Positions 26,128 through 35,679 are shown, counted from the first letter of the stretch. The stretch: 64,000 nt of DNA from Bacteroidaceae bacterium (GCA_045645965.1 JAZRJU010000006.1:2422-66421), one strand, 5' to 3'. Numbers and translations: made by a program. Notes: a model not told the origin generated them from the letters alone.

Positions 26128-28650
26128 TTAAAGTCCAAGTTCTATTTTCAGCCTTGCTATCTGCATCATCACATCGCGCAGGGCCGTTTCCTGTTGTTCT
26201 ATCTGTGTTTCGGTTATAATCTGCTTTTCGGTAAGCTGGCTATTGGTCATACTGCCCGTGTCCACTTCCAGTGCAATGATTTCCGACTGTATGGCCTTCA
26301 CCCTCTGTTGTTGCAATGAGGTGGCAAGACGGTTGTCGCGAATGCGGCGGCGCTTCTCGTTCCAGTCGATGTTCTGCGTGAGCACGGCATTGAGTTCGGC
26401 ATATTGCACGGGAGGGTTGTTGGCATTGTATGCTCTTATCCACAGGTCCACGAGGTTGCGCTGTGCGCTGGTCTTCTGGTCCAGGCTGTCGCCGAACCTG
26501 CGTGCGTATGAATAGGCACCCTCCCTGTCTTTCTGTTCCAGTGCCAGGACCTGAAGGTTTTCGGCACACTGAGCGTGCTCACGCTGAGCCTTGTAGTAGG
26601 CATTGAGCGAGCGGTCCAGAGCCTCGCCCGTACTCATGTCGGGCAGCAGCAGCTGGCGGCGCTCGTGCAGTTCGCTATATTTGCTTCTTTGCTGTCTTGC
26701 CTCGTCGTTGATGCCCTCAATGCCCGCCTGGCACTGTTGCAGCATCGTCTGGTACATCTCCTTCCTGATGCATGCCTCTGCCATGTTGCGGTCTATGTCG
26801 GCAATGCTCCGGTTGACGAGCTTCCAGTCCGAGGCCATCTGCCTGATGTCCAGATAGAGGTTTTCGGCATTATGCTGCCATTGCTTGAACCACTCCGGGA
26901 TGGAAATCTCCTTTTGCAGGAGTTCGTAGAGGTTGTGATACTTCTCCTGGGCCAGCTTGCGCGACTCGTCCAGGCGGTCGCTTTGGGCAGCGAGTATGGT
27001 GCATAGCGACTTTGCCTCGTTGGTGCGTGCGCTGATTTCTGCCTTCTTGGTCTCCAGTTGGGCAATCTTGCCAGAAAGGTTGGTAATCTGTGTGGTGTGG
27101 TAGTTGAACTCGCCCAGTTCTGCCTCGGCGCTCTGCAGGTCGCGCTGTGCATTGTCCTGCAGCTGCCGTATGGTGGCCATGCGTGCATCGCTGTCGGTGC
27201 TGGCCGAACAGTCGTAGAACGTGGGGTCCAGTTGTGCAAACACCCTCCACTCCTTCACGTCCTCGCTTTGTCTGAGGCGCACCACCTCCAGGTTCTTCTG
27301 TTCGGCAATCTGCTGGCCCAGGTTCTGCGTCAGCTTGTCATGCAGTATGGCCAGCTGCTTCTCCTGTCCCTGCAGTTCACCGGAGAGAGTCTCGTAGTCG
27401 CTTCGGAAGTCGCTGATGAGCTTGTACTGGTCCTGCATCGTGTCGCTATGGTAGGGATGATGCGTGGCGCCGCACACGGAGCACGCCGTTCCCTCCACCA
27501 GGTCGGCTCTCAGGTTTATGAGGTTCTGGCTCTTGCTCATGTTCAGCGAGTACTCCTTGTCGGCCACCTGGCGCTTCAGCGTGCTTACCACGATGGTCAG
27601 TTCCTGTTCGGCCTTCAGGTCGTGCTCTATCTCCAGCCGGAGCGAGTTGATGAGCTGTGTCTTCTCCTCTATGTTCGCGTATCCCGTGCTGATGCGCCTC
27701 CACAGGCTCTGTGCGGCAGAGAGCATGAGCATGCGGCTCTTCAGCTTCATCACACGCTCCTGTACATCGTAGCTCTGCATGCCACGGATGTTGGTGCGGT
27801 GAATCTCTGCCTCGTCCTGCAGGGTCTGTATCTGCTGGTCTATCTCGTTCTGCTGGGCTATGATGCGAGCCAGGTCTTCGCCAGCTCTCATCTGCTCCTC
27901 CGAGTTCTTGGTGTACTGGCCGTTCCTGCGTTTGAGGTTTTCGGACAGTTCCTCCAGCCTCTGCAGCATGCCCAGTATCAGTTCCGAGCGTTCCAGCATG
28001 GACTCGTGGCTTTTCAGCACGTGCAGCTTGCTGTTCTGCTTCTCCAGGTTTTTCTCCAGTTCGGCTATGATGGCGTTCTGTGCTGAAATGTGGCTCTCCA
28101 GGCTCTTCTTCCGGTCTTCCTCCACGCCCAGGGCCAGCTGCAGGCGTCTGCTCTGCTCCTCTATGATGGCGCATGCACCGTCGTGCTGGCTGCATTCCTC
28201 CACTATGCGGCAGAGGTCCTGGTGCTGTGTTTCGGTGAGCTTGATGTTGTCGCGGCTGGTGGTGAAGTGCTTGCGCAGTTCCTCAATGTCGTTGCCCACC
28301 TTGCGTATCTGCTGTTCCAGGTCTATGCCGGCACGCCGGTTTTCCTCGGCCTCGTCCTCGAGCAGCTGCATCCTCAGGAAGGGAGCCATGATGCTCTCGA
28401 AGGTCTCGAAGCGGTCCATCTCCGTTGCCTCGTCCGATATGGAGGCAAATTCCTTGTTCAGCACAAAGAGCTGCCTGGTGTTGATGTCCAGTTCGGAATT
28501 CAGTTGCTGGTGGCGGTATAGTTTTTCCTGTAGCGAGCGCAGACGCTTGATGTTCTCCTCTATGTTCTGCTGGCGGCTCTGTGCCAGGCGGAGAGTGTCC
28601 CTCAGGCGTTGGTGCTGGGCGCTGGTTATATCTGGATTGTTGGAATTCAT
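26128..28650 (-). CDS. SbcC/Rad50-like coiled-coil protein with a central CxxC zinc hook, no ATPase head
   Basis: 840 aa, heptad-rich throughout. CSVCGATHHPY at aa 390-400 (codons for CSVC at 27472-27483) resembles the SbcC hook CPLCGSxxHP. No Walker A, signature or Walker B motif is seen. Confidence 0.75.
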   Translation of the reverse strand: MNSNNPDITSAQHQRLRDTLRLAQSRQQNIEENIKRLRSLQEKLYRHQQLNSELDINTRQLFVLNKEFASISDEATEMDRFETFESIMAPFLRMQLLEDEAEENRRAGIDLEQQIRKVGNDIEELRKHFTTSRDNIKLTETQHQDLCRIVEECSQHDGACAIIEEQSRRLQLALGVEEDRKKSLESHISAQNAIIAELEKNLEKQNSKLHVLKSHESMLERSELILGMLQRLEELSENLKRRNGQYTKNSEEQMRAGEDLARIIAQQNEIDQQIQTLQDEAEIHRTNIRGMQSYDVQERVMKLKSRMLMLSAAQSLWRRISTGYANIEEKTQLINSLRLEIEHDLKAEQELTIVVSTLKRQVADKEYSLNMSKSQNLINLRADLVEGTACSVCGATHHPYHSDTMQDQYKLISDFRSDYETLSGELQGQEKQLAILHDKLTQNLGQQIAEQKNLEVVRLRQSEDVKEWRVFAQLDPTFYDCSASTDSDARMATIRQLQDNAQRDLQSAEAELGEFNYHTTQITNLSGKIAQLETKKAEISARTNEAKSLCTILAAQSDRLDESRKLAQEKYHNLYELLQKEISIPEWFKQWQHNAENLYLDIRQMASDWKLVNRSIADIDRNMAEACIRKEMYQTMLQQCQAGIEGINDEARQQRSKYSELHERRQLLLPDMSTGEALDRSLNAYYKAQREHAQCAENLQVLALEQKDREGAYSYARRFGDSLDQKTSAQRNLVDLWIRAYNANNPPVQYAELNAVLTQNIDWNEKRRRIRDNRLATSLQQQRVKAIQSEIIALEVDTGSMTNSQLTEKQIITETQIEQQETALRDVMMQIARLKIELGL

Positions 28651-28669
28651 CAGTTGGGTTTATTTTTGG

Positions 28670-28677
28670 CAAAGATA
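28670..28677 (-). promoter_or_regulatory. -7 box TATCTTTG for the coiled-coil operon
   Basis: Read on the minus strand. The box ends about 20 nt upstream of the ATG at 28650. Confidence 0.6.
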
Positions 28678-28784
28678 CATAATTAAATGCACAAACCCTT
28701 GTGCGCGATGGCATAAAATAGAGTTGCGAGGCGTATTTTGTAAATATTTCTGTCGTGTGTGTGTATAATTAGGCGAATAATCCT

Positions 28785-28792
28785 TATCTTTG
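28785..28792 (+). promoter_or_regulatory. -7 box TATCTTTG for hisS
   Basis: About 46 nt upstream of the ATG at 28838. Confidence 0.6.
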
Positions 28793-28837
28793 CACGAAAT
28801 AATAGCAGATGTCGTTTAAGAAAAACAAAACAGAATA

Positions 28838-30193
28838 ATGAAACCAAGCATACCAAAGGGCACGCGCGATTTCGGTCCCGTTGAAATGGCGCGCCGCAAT
28901 TACATTTTTGATACTATACGTTCCGTTTATGCTCTCTACGGCTTCCAGCAGATAGAGACTCCTGCCATGGAGAACCTCTCCACGCTGATGGGCAAATATG
29001 GCGAGGAGGGCGACAAGCTCCTGTTCAAGATACTGAACAGCGGCGACTTCCGCTCGCACGTTTCTGCCGAGGAATGGACAGACAACACCCTGGGCCGCCT
29101 TACTTCCCAGTTGTCCGAGAAGGGCTTGCGCTACGACCTCACCGTGCCCTTCGCACGCTATGTGGTGCAGCACCGCGAGGAGTTGCAGATGCCTTTCCGC
29201 CGCTACCAGATTCAGCCAGTGTGGCGTGCCGACCGTCCTCAGAAAGGCCGCTATCGCGAGTTCTACCAGTGCGATGCCGACGTGGTGGGAAGCGACTCTC
29301 TGCTGAACGAGGTGGAACTGATGCAGATTGTGGACACCGTGTTCACACGCTTTGGCATCCGTGTGTGCCTGAAGATAAACAACCGCAAGATACTAACCGG
29401 CATTGCCGATGTCATCGGGCAGGCCGACAAGATAGTGGACATCACCGTGGCCATTGACAAACTGGACAAGATTGGCCTGGACAAGGTCAACGAGGAACTC
29501 CTTGCCGCTGGCATACCCCAGGAGGGCGTGGACAAGCTGCAGCCCATCATCAACCTGAGCGGTACCAACGAGGAGAAGCTACAGACCATGCGCGAGGTGC
29601 TGGCACAGAGCGAGACTGGCCTGAAGGGCGTGGAGGAGGTGGAGTTTGTGCTCTCGGCCTTGAAGAACATCTGCTCGCTGAACAACCCCATCGAACTGGA
29701 CCTCACCCTGGCACGTGGCCTGAACTACTACACGGGCTGCATCTTCGAGGTGAAGGCTCTGGATGTGCAGATAGGCAGCATCACAGGTGGCGGCCGCTAT
29801 GACAACCTTACCGGCATCTTCGGTATGCCTGGCCTGAGTGGTGTGGGCATCAGTTTCGGCGCCGACCGTATCTACGACGTGCTGAACCAGTTGGACCTCT
29901 ATCCCGAGCAGGTGCGCACCGCCACACAGTTGCTCTTCGTCAACTTCGGCCAGGCCGAGGTGGAATACTCCCTGCCTATCATTGCCAAGGCACGCCAGGC
30001 AGGCATCCGCACCGAGATTTATCCCGACTCTTCCAAGATGAAGAAGCAGATGCAGTATGCCAATGTAAAGCAAATTCCATACGTTGCCATCGTTGGCGAA
30101 ACGGAAATGGCTGAAGGCAAGGTAATGCTGAAGAACATGGTCACCGGAGAGCAGAATCTCGTTACCCCCGACGAACTGGTGACAATGATATAA
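28838..30193 (+). CDS. hisS: histidine--tRNA ligase
   Basis: 451 aa with class II aaRS motifs ([31 protein letters not shown]). Confidence 0.95.
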   Translation: MKPSIPKGTRDFGPVEMARRNYIFDTIRSVYALYGFQQIETPAMENLSTLMGKYGEEGDKLLFKILNSGDFRSHVSAEEWTDNTLGRLTSQLSEKGLRYDLTVPFARYVVQHREELQMPFRRYQIQPVWRADRPQKGRYREFYQCDADVVGSDSLLNEVELMQIVDTVFTRFGIRVCLKINNRKILTGIADVIGQADKIVDITVAIDKLDKIGLDKVNEELLAAGIPQEGVDKLQPIINLSGTNEEKLQTMREVLAQSETGLKGVEEVEFVLSALKNICSLNNPIELDLTLARGLNYYTGCIFEVKALDVQIGSITGGGRYDNLTGIFGMPGLSGVGISFGADRIYDVLNQLDLYPEQVRTATQLLFVNFGQAEVEYSLPIIAKARQAGIRTEIYPDSSKMKKQMQYANVKQIPYVAIVGETEMAEGKVMLKNMVTGEQNLVTPDELVTMI

Positions 30194-30213
30194 GGCTAAA
30201 TACAGACAGGAAG

Positions 30214-30249
30214 GTCCCGCAATCGGCAGAACGGTTGCGGGACTTTTTT
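30214..30249 (+). terminator. rho-independent terminator GTCCCGCAA-N12-TTGCGGGAC plus TTTTTT
   Basis: 9-bp GC-rich stem and a T6 run, 20 nt after the hisS stop. Confidence 0.8.
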
Positions 30250-30340
30250 GTTATCGTATGTTTATCGTTAAAAATGACTAAAAAAGCAGAAAATAATACA
30301 ATAGTACGCAGCTATTTGCTACAGTTATTTCTAAAAGAAC

Positions 30341-30348
30341 TATTTTTG
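30341..30348 (+). promoter_or_regulatory. -7 box TATTTTTG for the sulfatase-anSME operon
   Basis: About 81 nt upstream of the ATG at 30429. Confidence 0.5.
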
Positions 30349-30428
30349 CACAGCGAGTAGCTTCATGATGTGCTTGGAAAGCCAGAAGAGGCTCAGGGTG
30401 ATAAGTAAAGAAAACATACTAATTAGCC

Positions 30429-32054
30429 ATGAAAAAGATATTTAGGAAGGTGAGCATGTTTCTGCTCATGATGTCTATGCCGGTAAGTATTGCGCTTACA
30501 GGTTGTTGCGAGGAATCAACAACTGCCCCTGAGTCCAAGGAAAAGTACAACATTATCCTTATTACTACCGATCAGGAAGCCTATATGCCGACTTTCCCTC
30601 AGGAGAGCAATTATGAAGCCAGGGAGCGTTTGCGTAGCTTGGGCACCACGTTTGAGAAACATTATGCATGCTCCAATGTGTCCACTTCTTCTCGTTCGGT
30701 GATGTACACAGGTCGCCATGTGACGGAAACCAAAATGCTTGACAATACCAATCTGGTTTTCCAACCTGATATGGATACTAATATCAAGACCGTGGGCGAT
30801 ATGATGACCGAGGCTGGATACTATGCCGCCTACAAGGGAAAGTGGCATATCTCCCGTCATGAGGATTCGTTGGAGGAGTATGGATTCAAGGACTGGACGG
30901 AGGGCAATATATATGGCTCCGTGTGGGAGGGTTTCCATGCCGATAGCACCATTGCTGCCAGGGCATGTGAATGGCTCACCACCATAGGTGTGGAAAGGAA
31001 CCAAAGCGGACAACCCTTCTTCCTGGCTGTGAACTTTATCAATCCTCATGATATCATGTATTTCTGTGAGAGTGAGAAGACCGGTTCCTTTGGCTCAGCC
31101 ACAGCTCCCGATGCTCCCGTCTACAAGAAAAAGTATCCATCAGTGCCTGTGCCTGCCTCATGGAACGAATCTTTGAGTAAGGCCGGCCGTCCTTCGGCTC
31201 ATTTTCAGTATCAGAAGGGTTGGGATTTAGTAACTGGCGAGTCGCCCAATACCGAGGAAGAGTGGCGTACTTTCCGCGACTATTATTTCAATTGCATCCA
31301 GGACTGCGACAACCAAATGAATCGTCTGTTGGACCACATTCAGGAATTGGGATTGATGGAGAATACCATCATTGTGTACACTTCTGACCATGGTGAGATG
31401 ATGGGCGAGCATTGCATGAAGGGCAAGGGAGGCAATATATATGAGAATAACATCCATGTGCCTCTGGTTATATATCATCCTGACTATGAGGGTGGCAGAA
31501 GTTGCCAGAGTGTTACTTCCCATCTTGATCTTGCTTCCACATTTGTGGATATGGCAACAGACAATGCCAGTGATGCCAATCGCATAAAGGCAGGAGTGGT
31601 GGGCTACAGTCTTATGGAGGCCATGCAAAACACCGATGCTCCCATGCGAAACCAGGAAGGCGCACTCTTTGTATATGATATGATTTCCATGATGGATGAC
31701 GACCCTGAAGTGAAACCTCATCCCAATGGTGAACTGGAATTGCACGTGGATCTCAATAATCGTGGTTATCTGCGTGGTATTATCACTCAGGACTATAAGT
31801 TCGCCCGCTACTTCTCTCCGCTTCATTTCAATACTCCAACGGATGTGGAAAGCCTCTATGAGAACAACGATGTGGAACTCTATGCCATGGGTACGTCCGA
31901 GTGTGACAATCTGGCACATCCAAAGGGTAATAACCCGGAGCTTGTGGAGGCCTATAATAGGAAACTTAACAACATAATAAGCAGGGAGATAGGAGTGGAC
32001 GACGGACGAGAAACCAGTAACTTCATTGATGGTATAGAGAATTATGGCAAATAA
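30429..32054 (+). CDS. sulfatase (S1 family), Ser-type with atypical S-T-S-S-R maturation motif
   Basis: LITTDQ metal site, STSSRSVMYTGRH in place of (C/S)xPxRxxxxTG, GKWH, TSDHGEMMGEH. Confidence 0.88.
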   Translation: MKKIFRKVSMFLLMMSMPVSIALTGCCEESTTAPESKEKYNIILITTDQEAYMPTFPQESNYEARERLRSLGTTFEKHYACSNVSTSSRSVMYTGRHVTETKMLDNTNLVFQPDMDTNIKTVGDMMTEAGYYAAYKGKWHISRHEDSLEEYGFKDWTEGNIYGSVWEGFHADSTIAARACEWLTTIGVERNQSGQPFFLAVNFINPHDIMYFCESEKTGSFGSATAPDAPVYKKKYPSVPVPASWNESLSKAGRPSAHFQYQKGWDLVTGESPNTEEEWRTFRDYYFNCIQDCDNQMNRLLDHIQELGLMENTIIVYTSDHGEMMGEHCMKGKGGNIYENNIHVPLVIYHPDYEGGRSCQSVTSHLDLASTFVDMATDNASDANRIKAGVVGYSLMEAMQNTDAPMRNQEGALFVYDMISMMDDDPEVKPHPNGELELHVDLNNRGYLRGIITQDYKFARYFSPLHFNTPTDVESLYENNDVELYAMGTSECDNLAHPKGNNPELVEAYNRKLNNIISREIGVDDGRETSNFIDGIENYGK

Positions 32055-33222
32055 CGAAGACAAACGTCATTATTCCATTATAGTAAAACCAGTAGGCGCG
32101 GCGTGCAATATGCGTTGCGCCTATTGCTATTATTTGGGTAAGGCACATGAGGGCGAAACGCCTGTTATGACAGATGAGGTACTGCGCAAATATGTCAGTG
32201 AAACCATTGCCATTCATGGTTCCGAAGCCGAAATAGAATTTGCCTGGCATGGTGGAGAACCCCTTATGGCTGGAATGGCATTTTATGAAAAGGCATTGGC
32301 CTTGCAGAGGGAATATGGCACAGGCAGGAGGATATTGAACACCTTGCAGACGAACGGTACCTTGCTAAACGATGAGTGGTGCCGATTCTTCAGGGACAAT
32401 AAGTTCCGCATAGGCATAAGTCTGGACGGACCGGAGCATCTGCACAATGCATTCAGAAAGGATGCGCAAGGCAACGGGACTTTCCATCAGGTAATGCGTG
32501 GTGTGGAACTGCTCCGCAAGCATGAGGTGGAGTATAATGTGCTTGCTACGGTAAACTCGGTAAATGTGCATCATCCTCTGGAAGTGTATCAATTCCTTCG
32601 TACGGTGTCCGATTATATCCAATTCCTGCCGGTAGTGGAGTGCTCCGGCGATGAGGCCAATGTGGCACAACCTCCTGGAGTGTATTCCGCCTCCCAGAGT
32701 GCCGTGCCACATGAGGCCCATTTTAATGTTTCTGCCGAAGGCTATGGAGAGTTCTTGTGCCGAATCTTCGATGAATGGGCACGGCATGATATAGGAAAGA
32801 AGTTTGTACAGATTTTTGAAGCAGCAATAGGCAATATCATGCGCAGGCCTGCAGGATTGTGTGTCCATGAGGGTGTATGCGGACATTGTGCCGCCATAGA
32901 GCGCGGAGGCAATGTCTATCGGTGCGACAGGTATGTCTTCCCCGATTATCTTATGGGTAATATCATGCACGATTCATTGTATGAGATGATGCAAGGTAAC
33001 CGTCAGTTTGGTGAGCACAAACTGGAATCGCTATCCACGGAATGCCTGCATTGCGATGTGGTAGACCTCTGCTTTGGTGGTTGTCCCAAGGACAGGTTCA
33101 TTCCTGTGCAATCTCCAGGGCAAGGAAAGGAGTATCAAAACTACCTTTGCCCAGGCTATAGGAAGTTTTTCCGTTATGTAAGGGAGAGAGTGAGGAGAGG
33201 GGAAAGGAGAAATGAGAAATGA
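32044..33222 (+). CDS. anaerobic sulfatase-maturating enzyme (radical SAM/SPASM)
   Basis: CNMRCAYCYY (Cx3Cx2C) and C-terminal Cys-rich SPASM clusters. It overlaps the sulfatase by 11 nt. Confidence 0.9.
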   Translation: MANNEDKRHYSIIVKPVGAACNMRCAYCYYLGKAHEGETPVMTDEVLRKYVSETIAIHGSEAEIEFAWHGGEPLMAGMAFYEKALALQREYGTGRRILNTLQTNGTLLNDEWCRFFRDNKFRIGISLDGPEHLHNAFRKDAQGNGTFHQVMRGVELLRKHEVEYNVLATVNSVNVHHPLEVYQFLRTVSDYIQFLPVVECSGDEANVAQPPGVYSASQSAVPHEAHFNVSAEGYGEFLCRIFDEWARHDIGKKFVQIFEAAIGNIMRRPAGLCVHEGVCGHCAAIERGGNVYRCDRYVFPDYLMGNIMHDSLYEMMQGNRQFGEHKLESLSTECLHCDVVDLCFGGCPKDRFIPVQSPGQGKEYQNYLCPGYRKFFRYVRERVRRGERRNEK

Positions 33223-33530
33223 GAAATGAGAAATCTGCAAGTAAGCGAGAGCAATCAACCGACGCAGGAGCGAACGCAGAATCAACCGACGCAGGAGTGA
33301 GCGCAGAATCAAACTTGTTTGAATTATGCCGAGCGACAAGGAGGAAAACAATAGTTAAGTTTGTTTGAATTATGCTGAGCGACAAGGAGGAAAACAATAG
33401 TTAAACTTGTTTGAATTGCCGAACCGACGCTCGAAACAAGAGCAGAGAAAGCTTGCTTGCTATGCGGTGAACGGTGAGTCCGTTTTCTCCTTTCTCCTTT
33501 CTCCTTTAATCCCGCTCACCGTTCTCTAAT
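33205..33530. repeat. RepG mosaic tandem-repeat tract (7-bp x3, 27-bp x2, 45-bp x2.4, CTCCTTT runs)
   Basis: GAGAAAT x3 (33214-33234, includes the anSME stop). AATCAACCGACGCAGGAGyGArCGCAG x2 (33253-33306). A 45-nt unit x2 plus a partial copy (33313-33420). TCTCCTT x3 lies near the uvrB stop. Confidence 0.85.
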
Positions 33531-35542
33531 CCCTCCAGCATGTTCATCATGCGCAACATCTCGTCGCGAAGCTGGGCGGCAAGGGTGAAGTCCAGTTTCT
33601 TAGCGGCCTCCTGCATGCGTTTGCGTGTGGTGTCGATGGCTTTCTTGAGCTGCTGGGGCGTCATGGCATCGATGATGGGATCTGCCACCTTCATGCTTGG
33701 GGTCTCCACCTCCACATAGGCACGCTTGTCGCCAATCTCCTTCTGTATTTCAAGCAGGTTGGTCATGGTGCGAGCCTTCTGTATCTGTGTGGGTGTGATG
33801 CCATGCTCCATGTTGTAGCGCATCTGTTTCTCGCGCCGGCGCTCCGTCTCCTCGATGGTCTTTTGCATGGAACCGGTCATGTTGTCGGCATAGAAGATGG
33901 CCAGGCCGTTGAGATTTCGTGCCGCACGGCCAATGGTCTGCGTCAGGCTTCGGTAGCTGCGCAGAAAACCTTCCTTGTCGGCATCCAGTATGGCCACGAG
34001 CGACACCTCCGGAAGGTCTAGACCCTCGCGAAGAAGATTGACACCCACGAGCACGTCGTACACGCCGCTTCGCAAGGCATCCATGATGCGTATGCGCTCC
34101 AGTGTGTCCACGTCGGAATGGATGTAGGTGGTCTTAATGCCATGCCTCAGGAGGTACTCCGATAGTTCCTCTGCCATGCGCTTGGCTATGGTTGTGACGA
34201 GTACACGCTCGTTGCGCTCCACCCTCTGCTGTATCTCCTCCATGAGGTCGTCTATCTGGTTCTTGGACGGGCGCACCTCTATCCTTGGGTCGAGCAGGCC
34301 TGTGGGACGTATAAGTTGCTCTACCACAACTCCCTCGCTCTTCTCCAGTTCGTAGTCGGCAGGTGTGGCGGAGACGTATATGGTCTGTGGGGTGAGTTCC
34401 TCAAACTCGTTGAACTGAAGCGGACGGTTGTCCTTGGCGGCTGGCAGGCGGAAGCCGTATTCCACCAGGTTCTTCTTGCGTGCCTGGTCGCCACCGTACA
34501 TGGCGCCTATCTGAGGGATGGACTCATGGCTTTCGTCCACAACGAGCAGGAAGTCGTCGGGGAAGAAGTCCAGAAGGCAATAGGGTCTCTGTCCAGGCTG
34601 GCGTCCATCGAAATATCTTGAATAGTTCTCTATGCCCGAGCAGTGCCCGAGTTCGCGAATCATCTCAATGTCGTAGCGCACACGCTCCTCCAGGCGCTTT
34701 GCCTCGAAGGTTTTGCCTATTTCCGTGAAATACTGCACCTGTGCCTCCAGGTCTTCCTCGATCTGTCGGATAGCCGCCTCCTGCGTGTCCTTGCTGGTCA
34801 TGAACAGGTTGGCAGGGTAGATGCGGTAGTCCTGAAACGAAGTGTGCGCCTGCATGCTCTGAGGGTCCAGTTCCTGTATGGACTCTATCTCGTCGTCCCA
34901 GTAGGTGACCCTCAGCACCGTGTCGGCATAAGCCAGCCAGATGTCCACCGTATCGCCTATGGCACGCACGTCGCCACGGTTGGGCGTGACATCGTTGCGC
35001 ACATATAGCGCCGCTATGAGTTTGCGCAGGAGATTGTTGCGGTCAAGGCGCTGTCCCACGCGGATATCTATGCTGTTCTCGCTCAGGGTGAGCGGGTTGC
35101 CCATACCGTAGATGCATGACACGGAACCCACCACGATGACATCCTTCCTGCCCGAGAGCAGGGCAGAGGTGGCGGCCAGTCGCAACTTGTCTATCTCGGC
35201 ATTGATGGCCAGGTCCTTCTCTATGTAGGTGTCCGTGCTGGGGATGTATGCCTCGGGCTGGTAGTAGTCGTAGTAGGAGACATAATACTCCACGGCGTTC
35301 TTGGGGAAGAACTGCTTCATCTCGCCATAGAGCTGGGCGGCAAGTGTCTTGTTGTGCGAGAGTATGAGCGTGGGCTTGCCTATGTTGGCGATGACGTTTG
35401 CAATGGTAAATGTCTTGCCGCTGCCCGTTACGCCAAGCAGCACCTGGGCTGGTGTTCCGCTCAGCACTCCGTCGGTCAGTTGGCGTATCGCCTCGGGCTG
35501 GTCGCCGGTGGGGTGGAATTGGGATGTCAGTTCGAAGTTCAT
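33506..35542 (-). CDS. uvrB: excinuclease ABC subunit B
   Basis: Start at MNFELTSQFHPTGDQPEAIRQL, Walker A GVTGSGKT, C-terminal UVR domain. Confidence 0.95.
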   Translation of the reverse strand: MNFELTSQFHPTGDQPEAIRQLTDGVLSGTPAQVLLGVTGSGKTFTIANVIANIGKPTLILSHNKTLAAQLYGEMKQFFPKNAVEYYVSYYDYYQPEAYIPSTDTYIEKDLAINAEIDKLRLAATSALLSGRKDVIVVGSVSCIYGMGNPLTLSENSIDIRVGQRLDRNNLLRKLIAALYVRNDVTPNRGDVRAIGDTVDIWLAYADTVLRVTYWDDEIESIQELDPQSMQAHTSFQDYRIYPANLFMTSKDTQEAAIRQIEEDLEAQVQYFTEIGKTFEAKRLEERVRYDIEMIRELGHCSGIENYSRYFDGRQPGQRPYCLLDFFPDDFLLVVDESHESIPQIGAMYGGDQARKKNLVEYGFRLPAAKDNRPLQFNEFEELTPQTIYVSATPADYELEKSEGVVVEQLIRPTGLLDPRIEVRPSKNQIDDLMEEIQQRVERNERVLVTTIAKRMAEELSEYLLRHGIKTTYIHSDVDTLERIRIMDALRSGVYDVLVGVNLLREGLDLPEVSLVAILDADKEGFLRSYRSLTQTIGRAARNLNGLAIFYADNMTGSMQKTIEETERRREKQMRYNMEHGITPTQIQKARTMTNLLEIQKEIGDKRAYVEVETPSMKVADPIIDAMTPQQLKKAIDTTRKRMQEAAKKLDFTLAAQLRDEMLRMMNMLEGLENGERD

Positions 35543-35546
35543 TCTA

Positions 35547-35554
35547 CAAATGTA
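35547..35554 (-). promoter_or_regulatory. -7 box TACATTTG only 4 nt before the uvrB ATG (near-leaderless)
   Basis: The minus strand reads GTACATTTGTAGAATG. Confidence 0.4.
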
Positions 35555-35671
35555 CGTTTTTCCTGCCGTATGGACAAGCAAACCGTGTGCTTTGCTCCAT
35601 AAAAAGCCTTAAAACGCATGCTGCCGAAGAAATAAAAGCGCAACGATGGAGGGTTCTTCATGTTTTTTTTG

Positions 35672-35679
35672 TATCTTTG
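35672..35679 (+). promoter_or_regulatory. -7 box TATCTTTG for bamD
   Basis: About 54 nt upstream of the ATG at 35733. Confidence 0.6.

Noticed and set aside
33205-33420. CRISPR array. The same was considered for 57966-58070 and 19949-20008.
   Set aside because: The repeats are directly abutting tandem units or inverted arms without unique spacers of 25-40 nt. There are no cas genes in the window.
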